From: Sedimentisphaerales bacterium
GTDB lineage: Bacteria > Planctomycetota > Phycisphaerae > Sedimentisphaerales > Anaerobacaceae
Length of the DNA stretch: 64,000 bases
Direction of reading: 5' to 3'
Assembly (NCBI GenBank): GCA_030611315.1
Contig: JAUWPZ010000001.1
Coordinates: 8,640 to 72,639 of the forward strand
Shown: positions 43,794 to 52,922 of the stretch, one piece after another
How positions within the stretch are numbered: the first letter of the stretch is position 1
Layout: each line of letters begins with the position of its first letter
Made by a program: the position numbers and the translations under genes
The notes under the pieces: model-generated
The model's input: only the letters and a program-made list of their open reading frames with translations
What the model was told of the DNA's origin: nothing
The model's database searches: none

Positions 43794-45308
43794 ATGAGCA
43801 CAGAGCAATGGACATGTAGGTTGACCGGCGCTGCCAGCGGATTATTGCTGGCTATTCCATATTTTTGGCCGCTTGCGGCACCGTTACAATTAGTAGCCCT
43901 GCTTCCGATTTTCTACCTAGGTTCTCGCCGGGCGACCACCCGCCGACAGATACTTATAGCCGGTGCTTATATGGGGATTTTATATGTGATGCCCCAAGCT
44001 ATCTTGCTTCGGATGCCTGCCTGGATTACGGTGGCCCTGTTGTTGGAGCTAACTATTTTAATGACTGTTTTTGCCTGCTGTTGCCACAGGATTCTTGCAG
44101 GCTCAACAGTGGCAGGCGCGCTGGCGGTGGGGGCCTCGCTGGTTGTGCTTGACTGGGTGAATATTACTGCGGTTCCTATATGGAGCATGGCGCAGTCGAT
44201 TGTTCGCCCGTGGTCCCGATATCCGAGCTTGATTTCATTCGTTTGTGTGACCGGCCTTACCGGTATTGCGTTTCTGTTGGGCACATTACAGGGACTGTTC
44301 ATAAACATCACTGGTTGCCCGAAACGGCGATATCGCTCGCTTATTGCGATTGTTTTCATTGTTTTGGTTTTCGGAGGGGCCAATGTGATTGTTCGATACC
44401 CCAAGTCGGCGGGTGAGCTTAAGGTTGCGGCGATAGGTTGGACAGATGGCGGCCCTGGGGATAGTGCCGACACTTCTTCTCCGGCGGGTTTCGATTCTTT
44501 ATATGCAGGACCAATAGCAAAAGCGGCTGGGCAGGGGGCACGGCTTATTGTTTCGCCGGAACTGGGCTTCTATTGCGGGGCCGGAACTCGTGAAAAATGG
44601 CTCGAGCGGTTTCGGGATGTTGCGAGTCACCATAATGTTTTTCTTGCTATCGGATTTTTCAGCGGCGCGCGACAGGAAAACCGCCTTTTGTTCATGGGTC
44701 CCGACGGTCGGGTGATGAGCGAATATACTAAGACGCACCTTACTCCATTTGAAGACTTCCGCAAGGGCAACGGCGAGCTGGCAATCATTGATGTTGATGG
44801 AGTGCAAATTGGCGCTATGATTTGCCAGGATGACAATTTTACGGACATATCGCGCCGCTATGGGAACAAGGGCGTTTCTTTGGTGGCGGTTCCGACGCTG
44901 GATTGGTCAACTGTGAAAAGCGCCCACTTACAAAGTAGTATTCACCGCGCTATCGAGTCGCGCTATGCGGTTGTCCGCGCTGGAATTAATGGGATAAGCG
45001 CAATTATTTCGCCGACGGGCGAGGTTATTGATAAAATGGATCATTTAGAGAAGGGCCCCGGAATTATCATTGCTGATGTTCCTTTGTATTCAGGCAGAAC
45101 GCTCTTTAGCATGGCCGGCCATTGGCCGGTCTTGCCGAGCGTTGTATTCCTTCTGGCTTATTTAGCCAAAGGCTTTTATACAACAAGACTGCATGGCAAA
45201 CTCGACACAGGGTGTTCTGAGGGAGATATTGAACAGGGCAACGAACCAGCCCTGGAGCAGAATAGCGAAGTAAGGCCGGCTGGGCCGGAAGGATTGTGTC
45301 TCGTTTAG
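43794..45308 (+). CDS. Apolipoprotein N-acyltransferase-like membrane CN-hydrolase
   Basis: About 6-7 N-terminal TM helices are followed by a nitrilase-superfamily domain. The E/K/C triad candidates are VSPELGF, KTHLTPFED and AMICQDD. There is a C-terminal TM helix. Confidence 0.7.
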   Translation: MSTEQWTCRLTGAASGLLLAIPYFWPLAAPLQLVALLPIFYLGSRRATTRRQILIAGAYMGILYVMPQAILLRMPAWITVALLLELTILMTVFACCCHRILAGSTVAGALAVGASLVVLDWVNITAVPIWSMAQSIVRPWSRYPSLISFVCVTGLTGIAFLLGTLQGLFINITGCPKRRYRSLIAIVFIVLVFGGANVIVRYPKSAGELKVAAIGWTDGGPGDSADTSSPAGFDSLYAGPIAKAAGQGARLIVSPELGFYCGAGTREKWLERFRDVASHHNVFLAIGFFSGARQENRLLFMGPDGRVMSEYTKTHLTPFEDFRKGNGELAIIDVDGVQIGAMICQDDNFTDISRRYGNKGVSLVAVPTLDWSTVKSAHLQSSIHRAIESRYAVVRAGINGISAIISPTGEVIDKMDHLEKGPGIIIADVPLYSGRTLFSMAGHWPVLPSVVFLLAYLAKGFYTTRLHGKLDTGCSEGDIEQGNEPALEQNSEVRPAGPEGLCLV

Positions 45309-45347
45309 AATGGTCGATTCTAATTATGAGGAATTTGATAGGCTGCG

Positions 45348-48300
45348 ATGAAAAAAGCAAAGATTGATAAAATAGACTTGTTTGTTGGTTTTGATGTCGG
45401 GAGTAGTTTCATCCATTATGCGGTTCTTGATGGGGATAGAAAAGTCGTATTTTCACCTGCGCCGATAATGCACTTTGCTAATCCCATCGGAGCAGTAAAA
45501 GAAGCATGGCGGGACATCACGAAAAAGCTCGGCAAGGCCAACATAAGGAATACCGCCTTTACAGGAAGCGGCGCCGAATCTTTCCCCAGGGTTCTGAAGG
45601 GCGTAACTTACGTTTTTGACAGCGTGGCTATTCCCAAAGGGGTGGAGGCAACACAGCCGGCGGCAAAGTACATATTCCACATAGGGGCAAAAGACTCGTA
45701 CTTCTTCAATCTAAAAGAAGTCAACGGCAGGAAGATTATCCAGGAATGGAAAACGGGCACCAAGTGCGGAGGCGGCTCCGGAACGCTGATAGAAAAGCAG
45801 TGCAGAAGATTGTTTGAGGGCCAGGTCCCCAATCCAAAACTAAAAGACACCGCAAAGGCAAAAAACGAGGCCGAAAAAGAAAAAATCAGAGTTAATAACC
45901 GCAAAAAACTACAGGGAAGACTTGAAGAAATGTACCGCAGGGCCGAGGAAGAAGCGGAGAAATCAAAAGAGCCGAGCGAGTTCCTCGCCAGATGCGGCGT
46001 TGTTATTCAATCCGATTTGATACACAAGCAAAACGAGGGCGCGACAAGGGAAGATAATTTAGCCGGGCTTTTTAAGACGGTCGCAAGAAATTTCAAGATT
46101 GACGTCCTCGGCGCAAGGCAGATCAACAACACCGGCGATGGTGCTGTCGCAACCGGTGGTGTTATGGCCAATGCTCTTATAAGGAAAAATCTGGAGGAAT
46201 TTCTCGGAATTTCCATAACCAGGCCCGAGCATTACCACAACATAGCGGCCGTGGGCGCAGCGGCGAAGGGTATAGAGGAGAACAACAGCGTTGTCTTCGA
46301 TGCCGAACAGCTCGACAAGGTCGCCCGGTACAGCCGGGAGAAAAGGCAGTACGGCCCAGCTCTTTCACAGTGCCTCGAAAATGTAAATGAAAAAAGCCAA
46401 TCCCTGGAAGAAGAAATACAGGAGAAAACGGAAGTAGTGCTCGGGATAGACGGAGGAAGCACTACGACAAAAGGGGCTTTGGTTGAGTTAAAAACAGGCA
46501 GGCTCCTCGATAAACTTTATATTAAAACCCACGGGAATCCGGAGCAGTCTCTAAAAAACGTCTTAAAGTACCTGAGCCGGCACAAAGACAGGGTTATTGT
46601 CAGGGGCGTTGGTGCTACCGGTTCTGCGAGGAAGCTGTACGAGAAGATTTTAGTCGGCAAGAAGAAGGCCGAGCGGTTGGCACAACAATCGATTGAAATC
46701 ACGGACAAAATAACCGATGAAATTACCTGCCACGCTCTTGGCGTTAAGTATTGCAATCCGGAGGTTGACACCATTTTCGAGGTGGGCGGCCAGGACATGA
46801 AGTTCACCAGTTTCGCCAAAGACGGAACGGTCAAAGAGGCGAAAATGAACTATAGCTGCCAGGCCGGCTCGGGACAGACCCTCGATAATATGGCCGACGT
46901 GATAAATCTGAACGTGGAGAATACCCTGCAGGCCGCCGCGCTTCGGGCGGACAGGGTCCCGATAATCGATTCGACCTGCGGCGTTTTTATGGAGATGGAT
47001 GAGAACAGGCTCATCGCCGAGGGCTTCAGCAAAGATGAAATCGCCGCCGCGATAATTCGAGGGACGGCCGCGAGTTATTACTTTAAGTTTGTTGGCGGCG
47101 CTCAGCATGTCGGAGAAAAATGCTCAGCCCAGGGCGGCCCGCCTCTGGGAAAAGCCTTTCTCGCCGCACTTGCCCAGGTAACGGAAAAACAAATAGAAGC
47201 CTATCCTCACAGGGAGATGTTCGGCGCATGGGGCCAGGCCCTGGACATTATTGAAAACATAAAACGCCTGGACGAGAAGGGCAAAAAGCATGAATCCGCG
47301 TTCAGAGGGTGGGGCCTGGTAGATATGCCTTTTGAAAAGCAGAAGATTTCCTGCCGGGAGCTGTTCAAGGAAAAGACCTGCGGCGTCAGAGATTGCCAGC
47401 TCGAAGTGTTTTCCATCGAGGATGATAAAATAATCACAGGGGGCTTCTGTCCCAGGGGAAATTCGGAGTCGGTCAAAAAACCGAAAACCAATTATGTTGA
47501 GAAATACCATAAAATATTCGAAAGGCACTTTAAGCTTCAGGGGGCCTTGCTGAAAGAAATATCCTCTACGAAGATAGACAGAAAATCGGTAAAAACCGTC
47601 GGCGTTAAAAGGAGCACCGCAACGCTTGGCGAGAAAGGAATCTGGAGCGCCGCCCTTTTGAGAAGGCTCGGCTTTTATCCTGTGATATCGCCGAGAAGTG
47701 ATAAGGAAATCGCGAAAATCGGAGTCGATAATTCGAGAACGGAGTTTTGTATAGCGAGGAAGCTCGCAACCGGACACGCCTCGGTATTGAACGCCGAGCC
47801 GAATATAGAGTACTTGTTTAATCCGAGTTTTATCGAGCAGAGAAAAGACGACCCCCCGGACCTGAAATACTGTATCTACACGGAGTCCGAAGGCTATATC
47901 CTCAACGATGTCCTATCCCTCGATAAGAGCAAGCAGATAAATCCAATCCTGCACTTCGGAGATGTGCCGCTTCTTGTTCGTGAATTAAAAAAGGAGTTTC
48001 GTCGATTGGGATTCGGGCTCACGAATAGACAGATAACAAATGCAATTCGGTGCGCAGAGAAGGCCGAGAGCGAATTCAAAGATGAGCTTTATAGAGAGGG
48101 CGATAAATTCCTGGACAAAATCGAGAAAGAAGACATAAAGGCCTACGTCGGCATTGGAAGGGATTACGTCCTGCTCGACCCCGAGGCAAGCTCGAACTCG
48201 GGAGCTATGTTCTCTCAGATAAGGGGATTGGATTACATACCGCAGCTCTTTTTGGAGCATAAATTCGCTGATATAGACCTTGGTGATGTCGTGGAGAACG

Positions 48301-49937
48301 AGTTTTGGGTGCAGAGCGTGAAGATTCTTCAGGCCAATTTGTTTGTGGCGCAGCATCCTAATTTGTTTGCTATAAGAATGATGAACTTCGCCTGCGGCCC
48401 GGACAGCCTGAAAATTTACCAGGAAGAAAAAATCCAGCAGGCGGCGGGCAAGCCCGTCCTTGTTTTGTTGACGGATGCGCAAACCAATAACGCCCCCTTT
48501 GTAACGAGGACCGAGGCCCACGAGAGGGTCGTAAGCCAGAGCAGGCGCAGAGACGTGAGAATCGAAAGAATAAAAAAATATTCGAACGACGGCAACGAAA
48601 AGAGAATATGGCTCATCCCGTATATGGGCAACAGCAGCTTCGTCGGGGCCGCGGGAATAAGGCACTTCGGCGTAAAGAGCCAGGTCTTGCCGACCAACAC
48701 GCAGAGAGGCTACGAGATAGCAAGGAAGTACATCTACACGGAGGTTTGCCATCCCCTTAAGGGAGTTGTCGGCGATGCACTTGCGTTCCTCGAAAGCCAG
48801 ATCGAGGCGAAAGGCAGGCAGTATGTTGAAGATAACTATCTTGTTATGCTCCCGACAACGAGCGGCCCATGCAGGTTCGGAAAGTATGTGGAGGTGCTTA
48901 GAGATTTTATGAACCGCGAAGGGCTGGAAAAAGTTCCGGTCGTGGGCCCATCTTCGGAAACGGATTATTTCGACATACCTTTTTCAGACGATTCCGGCTC
49001 ATCTCCGGGAATGAAAATGCAGAAAATACTGTTCAAGGGAATGAAGGCGTCAGACTTGCTCGAGGATATTACCTTGAGATTTCGTCCGTACGCTGAAGAT
49101 AAGAGCAAGGTGGATGAATTAAAAAAGCAGAGAATGGGCAGGCTGGAAAAAGTTGTGGAAAAGGGCGCCAAAATGGACGACATCCTTGAATGGGGAAGAA
49201 AAACGGTCTCCCTGTTCAAAGCCGCCAACCCGCAAAATCACGAGAGATTCCCTCTTGTTCTTTACATAGGCGAGATTTATATGAGGCAGCACGACCCTTA
49301 TACTAATTTTGTAATTGAGCGGCTGGAAGATAAGAATCTGGAATTGGTGAGGGACCCGGTAACTGATTGGCTGGACTATGTCAACCAGATGAACCAGAGA
49401 AACTCGAAAAGGGACATAGGATTAAGGCTTAGAGAATTCAACTTGAGCCGGTTGATGAAGGTGCTGAGAAAATACGCCAAGTCTTTCATCAAGGGGAAAT
49501 ATATGTCAACCGTTGAGCGGAAAATAGCCGAGCCGTTTCACGAAGTGCTCTCCGGCAGACACGCCCTTCCGAAGCCGATAGAAATAATCGAAACTCTGGA
49601 AAAGCAGCACGAAGGTCACGGCAACATCGAAGGCGAATCACCGCTGAGCACCGGAATAGCTTATCATTTTATGCACGATTTGACCAGGCCCGAAAACGGC
49701 GCCTATATATCGGGAATATTCCACGTGGGCCCTTTCACCTGCATGCAGGAAGGAGTCGCAACGGCAAAAATAGAGGCGATGGCCAAGGAGCTGAGAAAGA
49801 AAAAACCGGACCTGGTATTCCCAATCATACACGCCTTTTTCGGCGATTCGCCCAGCGCAAATCTCGATTCGGAAATCGCGGTTTTCACAGAGCAGTGTTA
49901 CCAGAAACAAGAAATATTGAAAGAAAAGTACGGATGA
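45348..49937 (+). CDS. Fusion of two BcrAD/BadFG activase ATPase modules with a DUF2229 / 2-hydroxyacyl-CoA-dehydratase-like half (PlsA/PlsR- or Ger-like)
   Basis: Module 1 spans aa ~1-310 (GFDVGSS, KCGGGSGTLIEKQ, ARCGVVIQSDL). Module 2 spans aa ~363-640 (GIDGGSTTTKG, SCQAGSGQTLDNM, STCGVFMEMDE). The C-terminal ~880 aa carries NFACGPDS, SGPCRFGKY and GPFTCMQE. Confidence 0.7.
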   Translation: MKKAKIDKIDLFVGFDVGSSFIHYAVLDGDRKVVFSPAPIMHFANPIGAVKEAWRDITKKLGKANIRNTAFTGSGAESFPRVLKGVTYVFDSVAIPKGVEATQPAAKYIFHIGAKDSYFFNLKEVNGRKIIQEWKTGTKCGGGSGTLIEKQCRRLFEGQVPNPKLKDTAKAKNEAEKEKIRVNNRKKLQGRLEEMYRRAEEEAEKSKEPSEFLARCGVVIQSDLIHKQNEGATREDNLAGLFKTVARNFKIDVLGARQINNTGDGAVATGGVMANALIRKNLEEFLGISITRPEHYHNIAAVGAAAKGIEENNSVVFDAEQLDKVARYSREKRQYGPALSQCLENVNEKSQSLEEEIQEKTEVVLGIDGGSTTTKGALVELKTGRLLDKLYIKTHGNPEQSLKNVLKYLSRHKDRVIVRGVGATGSARKLYEKILVGKKKAERLAQQSIEITDKITDEITCHALGVKYCNPEVDTIFEVGGQDMKFTSFAKDGTVKEAKMNYSCQAGSGQTLDNMADVINLNVENTLQAAALRADRVPIIDSTCGVFMEMDENRLIAEGFSKDEIAAAIIRGTAASYYFKFVGGAQHVGEKCSAQGGPPLGKAFLAALAQVTEKQIEAYPHREMFGAWGQALDIIENIKRLDEKGKKHESAFRGWGLVDMPFEKQKISCRELFKEKTCGVRDCQLEVFSIEDDKIITGGFCPRGNSESVKKPKTNYVEKYHKIFERHFKLQGALLKEISSTKIDRKSVKTVGVKRSTATLGEKGIWSAALLRRLGFYPVISPRSDKEIAKIGVDNSRTEFCIARKLATGHASVLNAEPNIEYLFNPSFIEQRKDDPPDLKYCIYTESEGYILNDVLSLDKSKQINPILHFGDVPLLVRELKKEFRRLGFGLTNRQITNAIRCAEKAESEFKDELYREGDKFLDKIEKEDIKAYVGIGRDYVLLDPEASSNSGAMFSQIRGLDYIPQLFLEHKFADIDLGDVVENEFWVQSVKILQANLFVAQHPNLFAIRMMNFACGPDSLKIYQEEKIQQAAGKPVLVLLTDAQTNNAPFVTRTEAHERVVSQSRRRDVRIERIKKYSNDGNEKRIWLIPYMGNSSFVGAAGIRHFGVKSQVLPTNTQRGYEIARKYIYTEVCHPLKGVVGDALAFLESQIEAKGRQYVEDNYLVMLPTTSGPCRFGKYVEVLRDFMNREGLEKVPVVGPSSETDYFDIPFSDDSGSSPGMKMQKILFKGMKASDLLEDITLRFRPYAEDKSKVDELKKQRMGRLEKVVEKGAKMDDILEWGRKTVSLFKAANPQNHERFPLVLYIGEIYMRQHDPYTNFVIERLEDKNLELVRDPVTDWLDYVNQMNQRNSKRDIGLRLREFNLSRLMKVLRKYAKSFIKGKYMSTVERKIAEPFHEVLSGRHALPKPIEIIETLEKQHEGHGNIEGESPLSTGIAYHFMHDLTRPENGAYISGIFHVGPFTCMQEGVATAKIEAMAKELRKKKPDLVFPIIHAFFGDSPSANLDSEIAVFTEQCYQKQEILKEKYG

Positions 49938-50206
49938 GGGCATCACGCTCTCAGGGCTTGGTGTTTATCGTGGCTGTGAAATTGTTGGGTTTCAATCGGT
50001 TGGCTTATATAAGGCTTTGTGTTGTAAGTAGTTACAAGCGGCAAGTCACCGCGATTTTTTGTGGATAAGCTGTTACATTATCGGTGAATTTGCCCGGCAG
50101 GACAGACTAAGGTGCTCTCGTCTGTCCGGCGTGGCCAAACAGGTTCACTGTTGCGAACAAACGCCGTCGAGTTTTGCCTCAGAGCCGAATCGTTTCGCTC
50201 CGCACG

Positions 50207-50689
50207 TCAGTTTATTTTCTTTAGCAGCTCTTTTCTGGCCTGGACTCGAAGCTTGGCGTTTTCGTAGCGTCTCTTTTCCTGCTCTGTTTCGGCCAGTATC
50301 GCGGGGACCGGTGTCGGCTTCTTATTCTCGTCCAGCGCCACAAACGTCAAATGCGCAGTCGTGGCTATGGCCTTGCGGCCGCTGTATGGCTCTTCCCTGA
50401 TGACCCGGACGCCGACTTCCATTGACGATCGGCTGACGTAATTTACGCTGGCCTTGAGGGCGACGTGGTCGCCGATTCGGATGGGCTCCTTGAAGGCGAG
50501 CGAGTCGATACCGGCGGTAACGACTTCCCTGCCGCAGTGTCTCTGTGCCGCCATTGCCGCCACCATATCAATCCACGCCATAATCACGCCTCCGAACGCC
50601 GTGCCGTGAGGATTGGCCTGATGGGGCATAAGTAAATATCTTGTTTCTACCGAGCTTTGGCTGGGGCTTTTGCCCTTTTCATCTTTCAT
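50207..50689 (-). CDS. Acyl-CoA thioesterase (hotdog fold, YciA-like)
   Basis: It has the MPHQANPHGTAFGGVIMAWIDMVAAMAA motif. Confidence 0.8.
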   Translation of the reverse strand: MKDEKGKSPSQSSVETRYLLMPHQANPHGTAFGGVIMAWIDMVAAMAAQRHCGREVVTAGIDSLAFKEPIRIGDHVALKASVNYVSRSSMEVGVRVIREEPYSGRKAIATTAHLTFVALDENKKPTPVPAILAETEQEKRRYENAKLRVQARKELLKKIN

Positions 50690-50713
50690 TGTTCAGATAC
50701 CCGTTAGTTCTGT

Positions 50714-51301
50714 CTAAAATTCCACTTTCGGCACTTCCGTCTTTGCCTGCTCGCTGGCCTCGAAATACTCCACCGGCTCCACGCCCGCCTTTTTGCAGAA
50801 GAATGAGCCGAAGTACTGCCGATGGTACGAATTCAACTGCTTGGCCGCCTCGTTATACCTCGTCCGGGCGACCGCTATCCGGTTTTCTGTCCCTTCCAGG
50901 GCGACCTGAAGGTCTCGAAAATTATCACTGGCCTTGAGCTGGGGATAGTTCTCCTGAAGCATCAGGAGCCGTGAGAGAAATCCTCCGAGCTCGTTCGATG
51001 CCGATATCTTCTCTGCCCTCGAGCCGGCCTGGAAATACTTCTCCCTGGATTTTGCGATGTTCTCGAACAGGTCTTTTTCGTGTGTCGCGTACCCCTTGAC
51101 CGTGTTCACAAGGTTCGGTATCAGCTCGAGCCGACGCTGCAGGGCGGCGTCGATGTCCGCCCAGCCCTTTTCCGCAGCTTGTTCGAGGTTGACGGCCTTG
51201 TTGTAGCCGCCGATATACCACAGGAATACCCCAAGACCTACTAACGCCAGAACTACCAATATCCCGACTAATACGACCCATCCCTTTGCGTTGTTTCTCA
51301 T
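50714..51301 (-). CDS. lemA: LemA family protein
   Basis: An N-terminal TM helix is followed by YNKAVNLEQ...RRLELIPNLVNTVKGYA..HEK. Confidence 0.85.
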   Translation of the reverse strand: MRNNAKGWVVLVGILVVLALVGLGVFLWYIGGYNKAVNLEQAAEKGWADIDAALQRRLELIPNLVNTVKGYATHEKDLFENIAKSREKYFQAGSRAEKISASNELGGFLSRLLMLQENYPQLKASDNFRDLQVALEGTENRIAVARTRYNEAAKQLNSYHRQYFGSFFCKKAGVEPVEYFEASEQAKTEVPKVEF

Positions 51302-51331
51302 TTTATTACGCCTCCATAATTTGTTTTTGCT

Positions 51332-52129
51332 TTACCAGCCTCCGCTTGCACCACCGCCTCCGAATCCGCCGCCCATACCACCGCCGAATCCCCCGAACCC
51401 GCCGCCGAAGCTGCCTCCTCCGAATGAGCCGCTCCTGCCGTAGCCGCCGTGCCCACCGAATCCTCCGAACATAAACGGCAGGAAAAACAGCCACCCCCCT
51501 CCTCGGCCCCTGCCGCTTAGTATCAAAAGGAGAAATATCAACGGAATTATAGCGCCGCCGCAGCACGGAAGTCCTCTTCTTCCGTATCTCGCGGTAGGTA
51601 CGGGTTTTAATTTTGGCATGCCGGTCAGGCTGACACCCAAATGGCTGGCTATTTTTTGAACAACGGTCAAATTGGCCTGGTGGATTCCCCGGCTGAAATC
51701 TGATTTTTTGAGGAACGGGACCAAAACCTCTCTGCCCACTCGGCCGCAGTACTGGTCTGTCACGAATCCCTCTAATCCGTACCCGGTCTCGAAACGGTAC
51801 CTTTTCTCTTTCACCGCCAGAGTGAAGAGCATTCCATTGTCTTTGCCTTTCTGGCCCAGCTTCCATTTCTCAGCTAGTTCGATTGAAAACTGCTCAATCG
51901 CGAGTCCACCGGTTGTTTGGACGGTCAGAATGATATATTGCACGCCGGTCTTTTGCTCCAGCTCCTGAAGTATGCCGTTGAGCGACTTTTCATCGGAGCC
52001 GTTTATCACGTTGGCGTAATCCTCGACGTAGTGACGGGGCATCGGCAGGTCGGACTGCGCGAAGGCAGGCCGGGACACGCCCAATATTACCGATAGAGCC
52101 CCCATCAAAATGACCGGGAGTAGTCGCAT
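51332..52129 (-). CDS. TPM-domain protein (YgcG-like) with Gly-rich C-terminus
   Basis: It has a signal peptide, a TPM-like core, a TM helix, and a GGGSFGGGFGGFGGG tail. It is adjacent to lemA. Confidence 0.75.
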   Translation of the reverse strand: MRLLPVILMGALSVILGVSRPAFAQSDLPMPRHYVEDYANVINGSDEKSLNGILQELEQKTGVQYIILTVQTTGGLAIEQFSIELAEKWKLGQKGKDNGMLFTLAVKEKRYRFETGYGLEGFVTDQYCGRVGREVLVPFLKKSDFSRGIHQANLTVVQKIASHLGVSLTGMPKLKPVPTARYGRRGLPCCGGAIIPLIFLLLILSGRGRGGGWLFFLPFMFGGFGGHGGYGRSGSFGGGSFGGGFGGFGGGMGGGFGGGGASGGW

Positions 52130-52131
52130 AA

Positions 52132-52911
52132 TCAGACCTCAAGCTCGTCAACAATCTCGGCCAGCCGGTCAACGGCTGCATAGACCGATTCGAACGCACT
52201 TGCCGTTTCGGTTTCACTCAGGCTGGCCTTCTCGTGCCGCCACTTTCCTGCGGTCCTCAGAGAATCCGTATCGACTGAAAATTCATCCGCTGCTTTACTG
52301 AAGGTCGCCTCGGCTGTCTTGGGCCGCTCGATATCTTTGAGCCAAAGCATCGCACGCAGCAGCGGCACCAGCCCCTTTGCCGTAGAGATAAGAATGTCGC
52401 GTACGATTTTCTTGTTGGCCGATGCGGCAATATACCCCTGCCTTAATCTGATGAGCGTGGCCTTTAACTCACGCTCGCATTGAAGGCGGACGTCTTTTTT
52501 ATCAAAGCTCAGTGCGGCAAAAGGGTCCTCGCCCAATATCGTCTCGTGGTTTAGCTGAAAGTCCAGCAGCTCGACGCCGAATACGTCGCGTGACCGTTCG
52601 ATGTAAGATTTCGTCATAAGCACCGGCGGCGAAATCCTCTTTCTGCTCATTGGCCTGGTCAGAGAAGCGATAGGCCTGAGCGAATCCAGCCTTTGCCTGC
52701 CGAGGACGACGACGGTATTGATATCGCTGCCGGCCTTGAAATCCTCCGTCAGGCTGCTGCCGACTACCGTAATACTCTCCAGATTCTCGCCCAGCTCTTC
52801 TTTGAGCTTCTCCGCAAAGGCCTTTACTCGTTCGCGGACCTCAGCACGCAAAGCATCTAATTTCAGAGTTTTTTTGTTATCAGTCATCTCATTTACCCCA
52901 TGGCTCTTCAA
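52132..52911 (-). CDS. Nucleotidyltransferase-fold protein with degenerate catalytic motif
   Basis: VVGSSLTEDFKAGSDINTVVV carries a GS motif, but it reads SDIN where DxD is expected. A helical C-terminal domain follows. Confidence 0.5.
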   Translation of the reverse strand: MKSHGVNEMTDNKKTLKLDALRAEVRERVKAFAEKLKEELGENLESITVVGSSLTEDFKAGSDINTVVVLGRQRLDSLRPIASLTRPMSRKRISPPVLMTKSYIERSRDVFGVELLDFQLNHETILGEDPFAALSFDKKDVRLQCERELKATLIRLRQGYIAASANKKIVRDILISTAKGLVPLLRAMLWLKDIERPKTAEATFSKAADEFSVDTDSLRTAGKWRHEKASLSETETASAFESVYAAVDRLAEIVDELEV

Positions 52912-52922
52912 GAGAAATACTA

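Noticed and set aside
47985-48752. 255-aa minus-strand ORF (and 47124-47777, 46650-47108) inside the giant gene
   Set aside because: These are antisense shadows within a continuous 1529-codon frame that carries clear family motifs.
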